26,145 nt of DNA from a virus. Lineage: Duplodnaviria > Caudoviricetes. This document shows positions 25,135-26,145 of this stretch, piece by piece; position 1 is the first letter of the stretch, and each line of letters starts with the position of its first letter. The stretch spans positions 1 to 26,145 of IMG/VR virus record IMGVR_UViG_3300029183_000042, one strand, 5' to 3'. Position numbers and translations under genes: made by a program. Below the pieces are notes generated by a model. The model was not told the DNA's origin and searched no databases. It saw only the letters and a list, made by a program, of their open reading frames with translations.

Positions 25135-25782
25135 TTATCTTAGCCAAAGTAGGCGAAAATCGTCCTTCACCTCATAGAATATTGAGCTCTTTGATGCTAC
25201 AATTCGGCCTGATCGGTATTCATATGCGATCGACCTTATAAGATGATTGCCGGCTGCGTCGTAATAATCTAGGTTGTCAGCTTCGACCCAGCCTTGTCTC
25301 CACTGTGGCGGAAACTCATAGACCTGGATTGAGCCGGCGAGAAGATCGGTTGATTGCTCGGCTTCGGACGGTGTCAACAGGCGGCGCATATTCCTGTGAT
25401 AGAACGCGTGCTTGAATCCGCTTATGTCCATGGCTTGACCGAGATACAGCTTTTCACGACGGCTCGCTACGACGTCGTAATATGGGAGACTTTCCCAATC
25501 TATTCCAGCATCCGGTGTAAGAAACGAGACTATCTTAGGATATGGACAATTAACTTTAACGAGACCCGCATCGATGAGCCGTTGCATGTGATATTGTTCT
25601 TGCGGATAAAGTTCTAACCATATGACTGGAGCATAAGCACGCTGATTAAATAGTTGAATTCCTGCAAGCAAGTTCTTCGCCGTGAGAGGGATCTTGAACC
25701 TGCTGCGCGTCTCCTGGTCGAGATGAACCCCGACGCGTTCGCGGACGGTCTTTGGTCGTTTAAAAGATTTAGTTTTTGTCAT
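25135..25782 (-). CDS. Hypothetical protein
   Basis: 215 aa from MTKTKS, preceded by AAAAACGACAA. Confidence 0.7.
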   Translation of the reverse strand: MTKTKSFKRPKTVRERVGVHLDQETRSRFKIPLTAKNLLAGIQLFNQRAYAPVIWLELYPQEQYHMQRLIDAGLVKVNCPYPKIVSFLTPDAGIDWESLPYYDVVASRREKLYLGQAMDISGFKHAFYHRNMRRLLTPSEAEQSTDLLAGSIQVYEFPPQWRQGWVEADNLDYYDAAGNHLIRSIAYEYRSGRIVASKSSIFYEVKDDFRLLWLR

Positions 25783-25846
25783 TTGTCGTTTTTGTTTGTG
25801 GTTAACCAATTAATCGGCAACGTACCGACATTCTTAAATCTCGCGA

Positions 25847-26035
25847 TTAGAAACTTACTGAATCGAAGTCTTCGAGTGACTTGTTGTCGAAAAGTTCGGC
25901 GAGTGGATCTGTGATTTCGATCGCTTTGTCGAGTGCTGTGTGCGCTTCTTCGAGAAACGCTTCTTGATCGGCGTAATATTCCTCGACAGAGATTCGGGCA
26001 AACGGCTCTAGGTCCTGCAATAGTAGATTTTTCAT
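25847..26035 (-). CDS. Small acidic hypothetical protein
   Basis: 62 aa, downstream of an operator/promoter module. Confidence 0.6.
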   Translation of the reverse strand: MKNLLLQDLEPFARISVEEYYADQEAFLEEAHTALDKAIEITDPLAELFDNKSLEDFDSVSF

Positions 26036-26107
26036 CGTGTCGTTTTTCTAAGTGTGTGAACGAGCGGCATTATCTGATCCGCTTTCTATAATATAAGACG
26101 CCGCTAA

Positions 26108-26127
26108 TGTAAAGTTTCAACTTTACA
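26108..26127. promoter_or_regulatory. Operator-like palindrome TGTAAAG-N6-CTTTACA
   Basis: tgtaaag-tttcaa-ctttaca, intergenic. Confidence 0.7.
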
Positions 26128-26145
26128 TAAAATATTAATAATGAG

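Noticed and set aside
252-25914. Plus-strand ORFs in the supplied track
   Set aside because: They are antisense shadows of well-supported minus-strand genes, often Ser/Arg-rich, with no recognisable motifs.

Overview
About 26 kb of a tailed, siphovirus-like phage or prophage. All credible genes are on the minus strand, and most have A-rich leaders without a Shine-Dalgarno sequence. In transcription order (right to left) it holds: small early genes; an HTH regulator; LamG and Ig-like proteins; a degenerate J-domain protein; terS; an inserted block with a DNA methyltransferase, small ORFs and an amidase endolysin; terL; portal; gpF-like minor head protein; scaffold; P22-type capsid; neck proteins; a glycosyltransferase; duplicated tail-tube genes; a tail chaperone with a predicted -1 frameshift; a tape measure broken by a probable 1-nt deletion; and the start of a DUF2341-like gene. 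The most unusual signals are two repeat-delimited single-gene cassette arrays. The first (15.0-16.65 kb) has four co-oriented 11-7-11 bp dif/att-like palindromes, two of which look like reciprocal recombination products. The second (22.7-23.8 kb) has a 12-bp repeat, AGAAACCGCCCC, at the stop codons of unrelated 72-78 aa ORFs with a near-constant ~260-bp period. No recombinase is visible in the window. Several recurring cis motifs are also described. All protein-family calls are by motif recognition only; no searches were run.
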